A stretch of DNA of 57,387 nucleotides, counting the filler, from Sphacelaria rigidula (Eukaryota): assembly GCA_964200075.2 (NCBI GenBank). It is 8 parts of 8 records of this genome, joined end to end, with 100 filler letters (N's around TTAATTAATTAA, not from the genome) between each part and the next. Parts side by side here need not be neighbours in the genome. Positions count along the whole stretch, not along the records: positions 35,931 to 43,016 come from CAXNAA020016564.1; positions 43,117 to 50,202 come from CAXNAA020016565.1; positions 50,303 to 57,387 come from CAXNAA020016566.1; 5 more parts are not named here. The stretch is one strand, 5' to 3'. This document shows positions 39,530-51,579 of the stretch, in pieces. Within the stretch, counting starts at the first letter, position 1. The number at the start of each line of letters is the position of its first letter. The notes beneath the pieces were generated by a model that made no database searches, was not told the DNA's origin, and saw only the letters and a list, made by a program, of their open reading frames with translations. Both the position numbers and the translations under genes were made by a program.

Positions 39530-39600
39530 TTTGGTGTCGTCTAGTGGTTCGACTGTCATCATTAGGGTGAAGAGAACGTGGGTTCGATTCCCGATGCGTT
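39530..39600 (+). pseudogene. tRNA-Pro-like pseudo-tRNA or SINE head, copy 2
   Basis: Diverged tandem copy of 39384-39455 (GTCTAGTGGTT...TTAGGGTGAAGAGAA...GGGTTCGATTCCCGATGCGT), followed by a T-run. Confidence 0.6.
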
Positions 39601-39772
39601 TTTTTGTTTTCCCCGCTCCCCCGCGTAGCAGGACTTCCATACAATTGTAGGCGTCTGTTAGACGCGTCTACGCACAATTCAGCGACTTGGGTACGCATCA
39701 CTGTGAAAAGTAGACTCAGGCATGACTGTAGACGTGCTTCAGGAGGTGAAAGGTACGAGTGTGACTAACAAA

Positions 39773-39852
39773 GACCGAGTGGCCGAGTGGTCTAAGGCGC
39801 TGGTTTTAGGCACCAGTTCGAAAGAGCGTGGGTTCGAACCCCACCTCGGTCA
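39773..39852 (+). tRNA. tRNA-Leu (anticodon TAG)
   Basis: GACCGAG/CTCGGTC acceptor stem, D arm TGGCCGAGTGGTCTAAGGC, anticodon arm CTGGT-TTTAGGC-ACCAG, extended variable arm, T arm GTGGG-TTCGAAC-CCCAC, discriminator A, followed by a T-run (Pol III terminator). Confidence 0.95.
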
Positions 39853-41436
39853 GTTTTTGTTATTTTTCTGTTTGGGTGAAAGAGCGGAGACTCGAATCCG
39901 ACTTTATTTATCTTTTTGAACGGTGCAGGTTAGACAATTGTGGCATGTCAAATATTTTTCGATCCACCGCGCTACCCACGTGTCATAATACAGGGGTCAT
40001 ACTGCCTTCTCCCCTCGACTCCCCTTCCCACAGCAGAGTTGACAATCCGAAACTCCTCAAATTTTGAATTTCTCATGCCCGGGCGATCTATGGGTCGTGA
40101 AGACGTTATTCATTTGCGCACTGATGAAGAAACAGAGTAAAACTGTCCCCGTTAGTTTTCCTTGCTCTCGGCAGCCTCGATCCGGGGGGGGGGGGGAGTG
40201 AGTGCTGTCCCGTAGCCAGTAGGGTCGCCTGAATTTCGGTTACGGGACTACTGTTATGGGTGCGCCTGACCCCCGAAAAGGGGCAAAAAAGTGTCCCCGA
40301 CCAGAAGCATCAACAGACCTCTGATCCCGTTCATCCCCTGAACATGCACGCCGTAAAATCATTCAAAGTACTTGTGATTTAAGTGGGCTTCCCACTTCAC
40401 GATTTCCCATTTTCGTTGTCCAGGACTACGAACCACGGCGTGCCTCGGCTAGTCACCGGCGTGTATTTGTTCAAGCTACAATTTTACATAATTGTTACCA
40501 AAATACATGTTTTTTTCACTTAATTCGACATAAAAATCGGATCCCGATGAGATGAAAAAAAATGCCGGGTCAAGTTATAGCTATCGTCTTGGGTGATGAG
40601 CGCAAACAAGCCCCTCCAACCCTCGCCGGTTTCCACGATACGCGAAAACCTCACCCCTGTCCAACGGCCTCAGAATAGATAACACCCATGAATGGCTCTC
40701 TATAGTGCAGATGGTTGATACATCGGATGTGTGGAATATTCGACAGGTGTAGAATTTGAGGCTTCGACCGAACCCCCAGAAGCTGTGTCTGCGAGACATT
40801 TACCCCCTTCTGTGCATCTCTGGTGTCGGTGACAAGAGTAGCGTTCGTTCTCCTGCTCCCGGTGCCATCACCACGCCACCATCGATAGCGTAGCTTAGTA
40901 ACTAATCTCACCTAGCGGCAAGTATAAGCAAAATGAAGGAGAAAAGAAAGCCACAGAGCAAGCTGGCGTTCAACAAGAGAAGAGCAATATCTTGAACGCA
41001 ATGGCAACATACTCCAACAGCCGTCAAAAACATGACAATGAGTCGCACGAACGAAAGCAAGAATTATCTTCGCGACCTTGCAGCGGCAAAGTGAACAAAG
41101 TATAACGCTAGCACTAAGCCTATCCCTGGTCACAACGAAGGCACATCGAGAGCCCTCGGGCAAGGGGGGTGCATCGTGTTCCCTGGGCGAAGTGTGCGTT
41201 GCCAGACCTCAAATCGGCGCCCCATGAAAGATCCTGATTTCGGTGTTCACACTAATATAAAGATGGACCAACTCACCCTCCCGAATGGTGAACTATACTG
41301 CGTTAAAATGCCACAAAGGACGGCATGAAGTCGTCGACCCACTTTTGCTGAAGCCACATGGCACCGAAGCCTCATTGGTGTCTTTCAGTAGGCCCCCCCG
41401 CTCAAGACACGCGTCTGTTGTATCGGCACTGGTAGG

Positions 41437-41540
41437 CCCAACCCGCAAGATCAAAATGCAAGGCTTGTACCGGGGAGAGACGGGTTGATCCTTTGAGACC
41501 ACGGACTCGTCCCGAGGGAGGGGCTCGAAGTGTGACAAGG
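41437..41540. repeat. Dispersed repeat family R3
   Basis: GGGTTGATC...GACCACGGACTCGTCCCGAGG...TCGAAGTG also occurs at 29260-29378 and 56752-56833. Confidence 0.8.
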
Positions 41541-43116
41541 AGGAGAAAAAAGTTCTGCACAGCGCAAAAGCTGGCCGTAATTGCATCCCCATTCCCAACT
41601 GTCAACGTCACGAGTTCATCGCTGCGGTTTCATGAGCGTTGCTTGTGTTCGTGTCAACTCGCGTTCCTTCCGCGTTTGACTGCGAGAGGTGGGGTAACTT
41701 TCCCCCCAAACTTGATGCTCCGTCTCGAAAGGGATGCGTGGTCAATGGTCAAACGACTAAGGCAAGCAACAAATGAGTACGCCCAAACTTGATGCGCAAA
41801 GTCGGAACTCTTAACTCAATAAACACGTCGTTCAGCTATTCAGCAACGGCCATGACTTGATCACATGTATGTGCTGTTGGTGGCGCGATAACGGCTACTG
41901 CGCTGTCCCTGGTTGAATACTGTCCTGAGACGGTAATGCTGCCGGCCGTCGCTTACGCATGAAGATCGATGAGACGGCGTATTCGTGGCAATGGCCCTTT
42001 TCGAGTAGGGGTTGTCTCTTGACCAGCAACAGCTATTCCATACTCCCGGCGAAAAGGATGGTAAAATAAGCAGCCTGCTGCCCCATGGGGCGCCTGAAGG
42101 GCCAATCCTTCGGGCGGCAATAGCTTTCCGTTCCTCAGTAACAGTCTCCGCTCATATACCCGCGAGTTTGTTGAAGTTGGATCATGGGGCCGTTTTGATT
42201 TATGTACACGGGGCAGAAAAGTTTTCATCAAGTCCGCATGCGGCAAGAAATTTTCTCGAGATGGCGAACTCCATCGCCCCAGCTGATGGCAGACGCAAGG
42301 AAATAGCCCAACCTTCCTCGTGATTTTTTTTGTATTGTGTGTACGCGCGTGTGTGATACTTCGGCACTTTGGCACAGGAACGACGAAGCTGCGACCCCCA
42401 CGGAGGCGTGTCGATGACGGCAGCGGTGTGCGGCTGCTGTCTTCAGCGGGTAATGCAGGATCTCGAGACGACGCTGTTGCGGCGTCGACACCTAAGGATT
42501 TCGTCAGGGTAAGAACAAGATGCAAATGCACGGCAAGGAATACTTGATGCTACCACGCGAGATTCTGTCGGCCGCGGAGGCCGTGTCCGTGCTCTCGTTG
42601 AAACTAAATTTATGCGATGTGTAGTGCAGAGGTCGCTCAAATATAGTTGCTGTAACGGGAGGTCGGTCTCGTGGAGATCAAGTCAAGTATGGAGCGGCCT
42701 GTTCATGTTCAAAGACCCTTCCTGCATGTTGTGTGGCGGAACCTAGGAAACACCAGGACTAAACCAAAAATATTCAACACTCGAAAAAGGGAAAGTAAAA
42801 CCCCGAAGATGATTGATGTGGGCGACGGTGATAAAATCAGTCTGATTGGAGTAAAAACGCTTCCCGGTTGGTCACCTGCGAGTCTTTGTCTACCCCGGTA
42901 GCACTGCTGTATTTTTTTCTTTCCCCCGGAGGCAACGGGTTTTCATGCGACTCGCCGAGCACACCACGGGTCTTCGCGCTTGGTGGTTTGAGTGCGAGCC
43001 TGGTCCGGCGAAAATCNNNNNNNNNNNNNNNNNNNNNNNNNNNNNNNNNNNNNNNNNNNNTTAATTAATTAANNNNNNNNNNNNNNNNNNNNNNNNNNNN
43101 NNNNNNNNNNNNNNNN

Positions 43117-46100
43117 AGATTGCACGGCACAGCACAGCACAACACAGCATGGAACAGGCGGCACATCATCACACGTGACCTACCCCAATTCGCTCCTCCA
43201 CGGCTGCTTCACGATGGTCCACAGCGAGGATCGAGATCGCGGCGAACGCTCAGATACCCATGCACACGTGCAACGTTCTCATCGCATGCCCTCTCTCCGC
43301 TCCTGAACTGCTGGCGATCGCCAGTCACTGCAACGTTGCAGCTGTCGACGGGAGACGCATGAGAGGCTTATCGCGAACCCGAAGATCGGCAACAGCACCG
43401 CACAACGCAGCCCAGCGCGGCCCAGCGCAGCATAACACAGCACAACACAGCACGGCAGAGCACCGCACATGTGATAACGATACGACACAACACGGCACGG
43501 CATAGCAGAGTACGGCACATGGGAACATAGCAGTACACAGCACAGCACAGCACAGCAAAGCACAGCACAGCCAGCACAGCACAGCACCACAGCACAACAC
43601 ACCACGGCACAGCAACGCACAGCACAGTACAGCACACCACAGCACACCACAGCACAGCACAGCACACCACACCACACCACAGCAAAGCACACCACACCAC
43701 ACCATACCACCCTACACCACACCACATCGAACCACACCACACCACAACACACGACCACACAGCACAGCACAGCACATCACAGCACAGCACACCACTCCAC
43801 ACCACACCACATCACATCACACAACAGGAAGCCACACCACACCACACCACACCACACCACACCACAGTACAGCCAAGCACAGCTCAGCTCAGAAATGCAC
43901 AGGACAGCACGGCACAGCACAGCACAGCGCGGAACAACGCGCTCTTCACACCTGACCTACCCCCAGTTGCTCCTCCACGGCTGATACACGTTGGTCGACA
44001 GCGAGGTCCCAGACCTCGGCGAACGTTCAAATATCCATCGTCACTCGGAGCTTTCACATCCCATGCTCTCTGTTCGCTGCTGAGCTCCTAGTGTTCGCCA
44101 GTCACTGCAACGGTGCAGCTGTCGACGGTAGACGCATGGGAGGCTTATCCCGAACCTGGAGATCGACCACAGCACAGCACAGCCCAGTGCAGCTCATCCC
44201 GTCCCAGCCCAGCGCAAGAAAGCACAGCACGGCACGGCACGGCACAGCACAGCACAGCACAGCACAACAAGGAACGCAACGGCACAGTACGGCATATCAA
44301 CACACAGCAGCACACAGCACAGCACAGCAAAGCACAGCATGGTACAAGATTGCACGGCACAGCACAGCACAACACAGCATGGAACAGGCGGCACATCATC
44401 ACACGTGACCTACCCCAATTTGCTCCTCCACGGCTGCTTTACGATGGTCCACAGCGAGGATCGAGAACGAGGCGAACGTTCAGATACCCATGCACACGTG
44501 CAACGTTCTCATCGCATGCCCTCTCTTCGCTCCTGAACTGCTGGCGATCGCCAGTCACTGCAACCTTGCAGCTGTCGACGGCAGACGCATGGAAGGCTTA
44601 TCGCAGACCCGAAGATCGGCCACAACAAAGCGCAACGCAGCCCAGCGCGGCCCAGCGCAGCATAACACAGCACAACACAGCACGGCAGAGCATAGCACAA
44701 GTGATAACAACACAGGACAACACGGAACGGCACAGCAGAGTACGGCACATGGGAATATAGCCGAAAATGCACAGCACAGCACAGCACAACAAGGAACCCA
44801 ACAGCACAGTACGGGATCTCAACACACAGTAGTACACAGCACAGCACAGCAAAGCAAAGCAAAGCACAGCACGGTACAAGATTGCATGGCACAGCACAGC
44901 ACAACACAGCATGGAACAGGCGGCACATCATCACACGTGACCTACCCCAATTCGCTCCTCCACGGCTGCTTTACGATGGTCCACAGCGAGGATCGAGAAC
45001 GCGGTGAACGCTCAGATACCCATGCACACGTGCAACGTTCTCATCTCATGCACTCTCTCCGCTCCTGAACTGCTGGCGATCGCCAGTCACTGCAACATTG
45101 CAGCTGTCGACGGCAGACGCATGAGAGGCTTATCGCAGACCCGAAGATCGGCCACAGCAAAGCGCAACGCAGCCCAGCGCGGCCCGGCGCAGCATGACAC
45201 AGCACTGAACGGCACGGCAGAGCATAGCACAATCTCAAATAACACCGGACAACACGGAACGGCATAGCAGAGTACGGCACATGAGAACATAGCCGTCACA
45301 GCACTGCACAGCACAGCAAAGCACAGCACAGCACAGCACAGCACTCCACACCGCACCGAACCACACCACACAACACCACACCACACCACACCACACCACA
45401 CCACACCACACCAAACCACACCACAATACATCACAGCAAGCCAGAGCAGATAAACCACACCCCACCCCACCCAACCACACCACACCACAGTACACCACAG
45501 TACACCACACCACACCACACCACACCACACCACACCACACCACACCACACCACACCACAGTACAGCCAAGCACAGCTCGGACCAGCAAAGCACAGCTCAC
45601 CATAGCACAGCACAGAACGGCGCGGAACAACGCGCTCTTCACACCTGACCTACCCCCAGTTGCTCCTCCACGGCTGCTACACGTTGGTCGACAGCGAGGT
45701 TCCAGACCTTGGCGAACGTTCAAACATCCATCGTCACTCGGAACTTCTCCATCCCATGCCCTCTGTTCGCTGCTGAGCTGCTAGTGTTCGCCAGTCACCG
45801 CAACGGTGCAGCTGTCGACGGTAGAAGCATGGGAGGCTCATCCCAAACATGAAGGTCGGCCACAGCACAGCACAGTGCAGCCCAGCCCGTCCCAGCCCAG
45901 CGCAAAAAAGCACAGCACGGCACGGCACAGCACAGCACAGCACAACAAGGCACGCAACAGCACAATACGACATATCAACACACATCAGTACACAGCACAG
46001 CACAGCACGGTACAAGATTGCACGGCACAGCACAGCACAACACAGCATGGAACAGGCGACACATCATCACACGCGACCTACCCCAATTTGCTCCTCCACG

Positions 46101-49100
46101 GCTGCTTTACGATGGTCCACAGCGAGGATCGAGAACGCGGCGAACGTTCAGATACCCATGCACACGTGCAACTTCCTCATCTCATGCCCTCTCTCCGCTC
46201 CTGAACTGCTGGCGATCGCCAGTCACTGCAACCTTGCAGCTGTCGACAGCAAACGCATGAGAGGCTTATCGCAAACCCGAAGATCGGCCACAGCAAAACA
46301 CGACGCAGCCCATCGCGGCCCAGCGCAGCATATCACAGCACAACACAGCACGGCAGAGCATAGCACACGTGATAAAAGCACAGGACAATACGGAACGGCA
46401 TACCGAAGTACGGCACATGGGAACATAGCCGCACACAGCACAGCACAGCACACCACAGCACAGCACAGCACAGCATTGCACAGCACAGCACAGCACAGCA
46501 CACCACACCACAGCAAAGCACAGCAAAGCACAGCACAGCACACCACAATACACCACAGCAAGCCACAGCACAGCAAACCACACCCCACCCCACCCCACCA
46601 CAACACAACACACCACACCACACCACAGTACAGCCAAGCACAGGTCAGACCAGCAAAGCACAGCAAAGCACAGCATAGCACAGCACAGCACAGCGCGGAA
46701 CAACGCGCACTTCACACCTGACATACCCCCAGATGCTCCTCCAGTGCTGCTACACGTTGGTCGACAGCGAGGTTTCAGACCTCGGCGAACGTTCAAATAT
46801 CCATCGTCACTCGGAGCTTCCCCATCCCATTCCCGCTGTTCGCTGCTGGGCTGCTAGTGTTCGCCAGTCACTGCAACGGTGCAGCTGTCGACGGTAGACG
46901 CATGGGAGGCTCATCCCGAACCTGAAGGTCGGCTACAGCGCAGCACAGTGCAGCCCAGCCCGTCCCAGCCCAGCGCAAGAAAGCACAGCACGGCACGGCA
47001 CAGCACAGCACAGCACAACGAAGAACCCAACAGCACAGTACGGCATATCAACACACAGAAGTACACAGAACAGCACAGCAAAGCACAGCACAGCACAGCA
47101 AAGCACAGCACGGTACAAGATTGCACGGCACAGCACAGCACAACACAGCATGGAACAGGCGGCATATCATCACACGTGACCTACCCCAATTTGCTCCTCC
47201 ACGGCTGCTTTACGATGGTCCACAGCGAGGATCGAGAACGCGGCGAACGCTCAGATACCCATGCACACGTGAAACTTTCTCATCTCATGCCCTCTCTCCG
47301 CTCCTGAACTGCTAGCGATCGCCAGTCACTGCAACCTTGAAGCTGTCGACAGCAGACGCATGAGAGGCTTATCGCAAACCCGAAGATCGGCCACAGCAAA
47401 GCACAACGCAGCCCAGCGCGGCCCAGCGCAGCATAACACAGCGCAACACAGCACGGCAGAGCATAGCACAAGTGATAACAACACAGGACAACACGGAACG
47501 GCATAGCGGAGTACGGCTCATGGGAACATAGCCGCACACAGCACAGCACAGCAAAGCACAGCACAGCAAAGCACACCACACCACACCACACCACACCACA
47601 GCACAGCAAAGCACAGCACAGCACAGCACAGCACACCACAATACACCACAGCAAGCCACAGCACAGCAAACCACACCCCACCCCACCCCACCACAACACA
47701 ACACACCACACCACACCACAGTACAGCCAAGCACGGCTCAGACCAGCAAAGCACAGCAAAGCACCGCACAGCACAGCACAGCACAGCGCGGAACAACGCG
47801 CACTTCACACCTGGCCTACCCCGAGTTGCTCCTCCACAGCTGATATAAGTTGGTCGACAGCGAGTTTTCAGACCTCGGCGAACGTTCAAATATCCATCGT
47901 CACTCGGAGCTTCCCCATCCCATGCCCTCTGTTCGCTTCTGAGCTGCTAGTGTTCGCCAGTCACTGCAACGGTGCAGCTGTCGACGGTAGAAGCATGGGA
48001 GGCTCATCCCGAACCTGAAGGTCGGTCACAGCACAGCACAGTGCAGCCCAGCCCATCCCAGCCCAGCGCAAGAAAGCACAGCACGGCACGGCACAGCACA
48101 GCACAGCACAACAAGGAACCCAACAACACAGTACGGCATATCAACACACAGCAGTACACAGCACAGCACAGCAAAGCACAGCACGGTACAAGATTGCACG
48201 GCACAGCACAGCACAACACAGCATGGAACAGGCGGCACATCATCACACGTGACCTACCCCAATTTGCTCCTCCACGGCTGCTTTACGATGGTCCACAGCG
48301 AGGATCGAGAACGCGGCGAACGCTCAGATACCCATGCACACGTGCAACTTTCTCATCTCATGCCCTCTCTCCGCTCCTGAACTGCTGGCGATCGCCAGTC
48401 ACTGCAACCTTGCAGCTGTCGACGGCAGACGCATGAGAGGCTTATCGCAAACCCGACCATAGGCCAGAGCAAAGCACAACGCAGCCCAGCGTGGCCCAGC
48501 GCAGCATAACACAGCACAACACAGCACGGCAGAGCACAGCACAAGTGATATCAACACAGAACAACACGGAACGGCATAGCAGAGTACGGCACATGGGAAC
48601 ATAGCCGCACTAACCACAGCATAGCACAGCACAACAAGGAACCCAACAGCACAGTACGGCATATCAACACACAGCAGTACACAGCACAGCACAGTAAAGC
48701 ATAGCAAAGCACAGCACGGTACAAGATTGCACGGCACAGCACAGCACGACACAGCATGGAACAGGCGGCACATCATCACACGTGACCTACCCCAATTTGC
48801 TCCTCCACGGCTGCTTTACGATGGTCCACAGCGAGGATCGAGAACACGGCGAACGCTCAGATACCCATGCACACGTGCCACTTTCTCATGTCATGCCCTC
48901 TCTCCGCTCCTGAACTGCTGGCGATCGCCAGTCACTGCAACCTTGCAGCTGTCGACGGCAGACGCATGAGAGGCTTATCGCAAACCCGACGATCGGCCAC
49001 AGCAAAGCACAACGCAGCTGAGCGCGGCCCAGCGCAGCATGACACAGCAAAACACAGCAAGAAAGAGCATAGCACAAGTGATAACAACACAGGACAACAC

Positions 49101-50202
49101 GGAACGGCATAGCAGAGTAGGGCACATGGGAACATAGCAGTACACAGCACACCACAGCACAGCACAGCACAGCACAGCACAGCCAGCACAGCACAGCACC
49201 ACACAACAACACAACACGGCACAGCAACGCACAGCACAGCACACCACAGCACAGCACACCACACCACACCACACAACAGCAAAGCACACAACAGTACAGC
49301 GAACCACACCACGGCACACCACACCACACCACAACACATCACACTACACCACAACACATCACATCACACCACACCACACCACAACACACGACCACAGAGC
49401 ACGGCACGGCACACCACACCACACCACACCACACCACATCACACCACACCACACCACAACAGACGACCACATAGCACAGCACACCACACCACACCACACC
49501 ACACCACAGTACAGCCAAGTACAGCTCAGCTCAGCAAAGGACAGCACAACACAGCACAGCATAGCACAGCACAGCACAGCACAGCACAGCACAGCACGGG
49601 ACAACGCGCACTTCACACCTGACCTACCCCGAGTTGCTCGTCCACGGCTGCTATACGTTGGTCGACAGCGAGGTGCCAGACCTCGGCGAACGTTCAAACA
49701 TCCATCGTCACTCGGAACTTCTCCATCCCATGCCCTCTGTTCGCTGCTGAGCTGCTAGTGTTCGCCAGTCACTGCAACAGTGCAGCTGTCGACGGTATAC
49801 GCATGGGAGGCTCATCCCGAACCCGAAGGTCGGGCACAGCACAGCACAGTGCAGCCCAGCCCGTCCCAACCCAGCGCAAGAAAGCACAGCACGGCACGGC
49901 ACAGCACAGCACAGCACAGCATAGCACAACAAGGAACCCAACAGCACACTACGGCATATCAACACACAGCAGTACACAGCACAGCACAGCAATGCACAGC
50001 ACAGCACAGCACGGTACAAGATTGCACGGCACAGCACAGCACAACACAGCATGGAACAGGCGGCACATCATCACACGTGACCTACCCCAATTTGCTCCTC
50101 CACGGCTGCTTGCGATGGTCCACAGCGAGGATCGAGAACGCGGCGAACGCTCAGATACCCATGCACACGTGCAACTTTCTCATCCCATGCCCTCTCTCCG
50201 CT
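43117..50202. repeat. Higher-order tandem array: 13 ~215-nt cores of two types (A, B) separated by (CACAG)n/(CACAC)n spacers
   Basis: Cores start near 43172(A), 43948(B), 44402(A), 44934(A), 45642(B), 46070(A), 46714(B), 47173(A), 47807(B), 48245(A), 48779(A), 49616(B) and 50073(A, cut by the gap). The array fills the whole contig. Confidence 0.95.
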
Positions 50203-51579
50203 NNNNNNNNNNNNNNNNNNNNNNNNNNNNNNNNNNNNNNNNNNNNTTAATTAATTAANNNNNNNNNNNNNNNNNNNNNNNNNNNNNNNNNNNNNNNNNN
50301 NNAAATGTGGCCTACAAAAGGTGAGCGGCTTCTGGAGGCGAAATGTCTGTTTTCGCGTGGCCAAATCTCTCGAGTAACATATTTTTAATCCGTTTCTTTT
50401 CGAGTCCCGGGTGCCCATGCCCCCCCCGAACGATGTGCGTGAAATATCCGGAGCAAAAACGATCAAAAGGGCGTGTTTGGCTGTTTTCGCGTATCTGGCC
50501 ATTTTTCGTACCTTTCCTAGGCAAAAAACGAGAAGGTATATCTTTTCTAGGCCACTGCCCTTAAATACATATCTCCGGGTTCGCCTCAGCGTGAGCACCC
50601 CAAAACCGAGGAGTATGGATGTGTCAGTCGTTCTTGGGGCCATCGGAGAGCAAATTTGCCGGCTGGAAAATGACTTCTAAGTCGCGGTGATCACTGGATA
50701 ATTAATGTTGAGTTTCGCTAGCTTTTGCAAGATCGGTTGTTACCGACCTGGCACTATCGCAGTGATACGGCCGCTATGGCTGAGGAGGGCGGTGTACGGC
50801 GAACAGTTCTGTACTGCTACGGAATGACTGCAATGTACATGCAGTAAGTTGATTGTGCAGTGTTACCAGCCGACACGAAAATCTCCTGATATTTTAGACG
50901 TGCACAATGTGTGAATGCTAGGTGATCACATACTTCGCCCGCGTTTGGGCAGCAGCCGTGTTCATACAACGCGTAAATCTACATATCGCAATTCATACTG
51001 CACTGCGACACAAGAGAGGGAGAGGTTGCAAAGGGGAATGTTATGGACGTGGTGTGGCGAAAAGGAGTATCCAAAATCGAGGTAGCGGCAGTTATGAAAT
51101 GTAATTAACGTAAGATCAAAGGATACGACTCATATACCCTTTGCGTGAGATTAATACACGTGCACTACAGTGCAGCAACTACTATCACCATCATCCAGCA
51201 ATCGGGGGGGCACTCCCTCCCATGAAATCGGGTACCCCCCCCTCCTTCAACCCCAGAATGGGTTTTTTTCGGCCTGGAGGGTGGTGGTGCAGCCACTTCC
51301 CGACATGAGCCCCCTCAGAAGCACTCCCTCCTTGGCTATTTCTCGTTGGAGGATGACTTCTTCGTGATCTCTCGTTGGAGGATGAGTTTTCCGACAGTGC
51401 AGTACAGTATAGAACAGTTTAGTACGGTGACTTCATTTTCCTTTGTTCGCACACGTCCGATCTTGTGACAAGGTGATTTGTGATCACTATACCTGTGGGA
51501 CCCTCGTCGGTCCAACTGTGTTTCTCTTCAACACATAAAAATGTACGAAGTATATATGTTACGTGTATGTGCACCATAC

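Noticed and set aside
29463-39852. Functional cluster of tilS with the tRNA genes
   Set aside because: They are on different contigs, and the tRNAs are Leu and Pro-like, not Ile(CAU).
43172-43390. Hammerhead or HDV-like ribozyme in the array cores
   Set aside because: No CUGANGA/GAAA core was found on either strand. A UCCUCGCU word on the minus strand of type A lacks the flanking P3/P1 pairing of HDV-like ribozymes.
43117-50202. Many long Cys/Val/Ala-rich and His/Ser/Thr-rich ORFs; cores as repeated exons
   Set aside because: The ORFs are translations of (CACAG)n/(CACAC)n. Core substitutions show no codon-position bias, stops occur in the frames examined, and no consistent splice donors flank the cores.
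50303-51579. Terminal cyclophilin exon (expected V.I..CG-like)
   Set aside because: No acceptor followed by a matching peptide was found, so it probably lies beyond the contig end.
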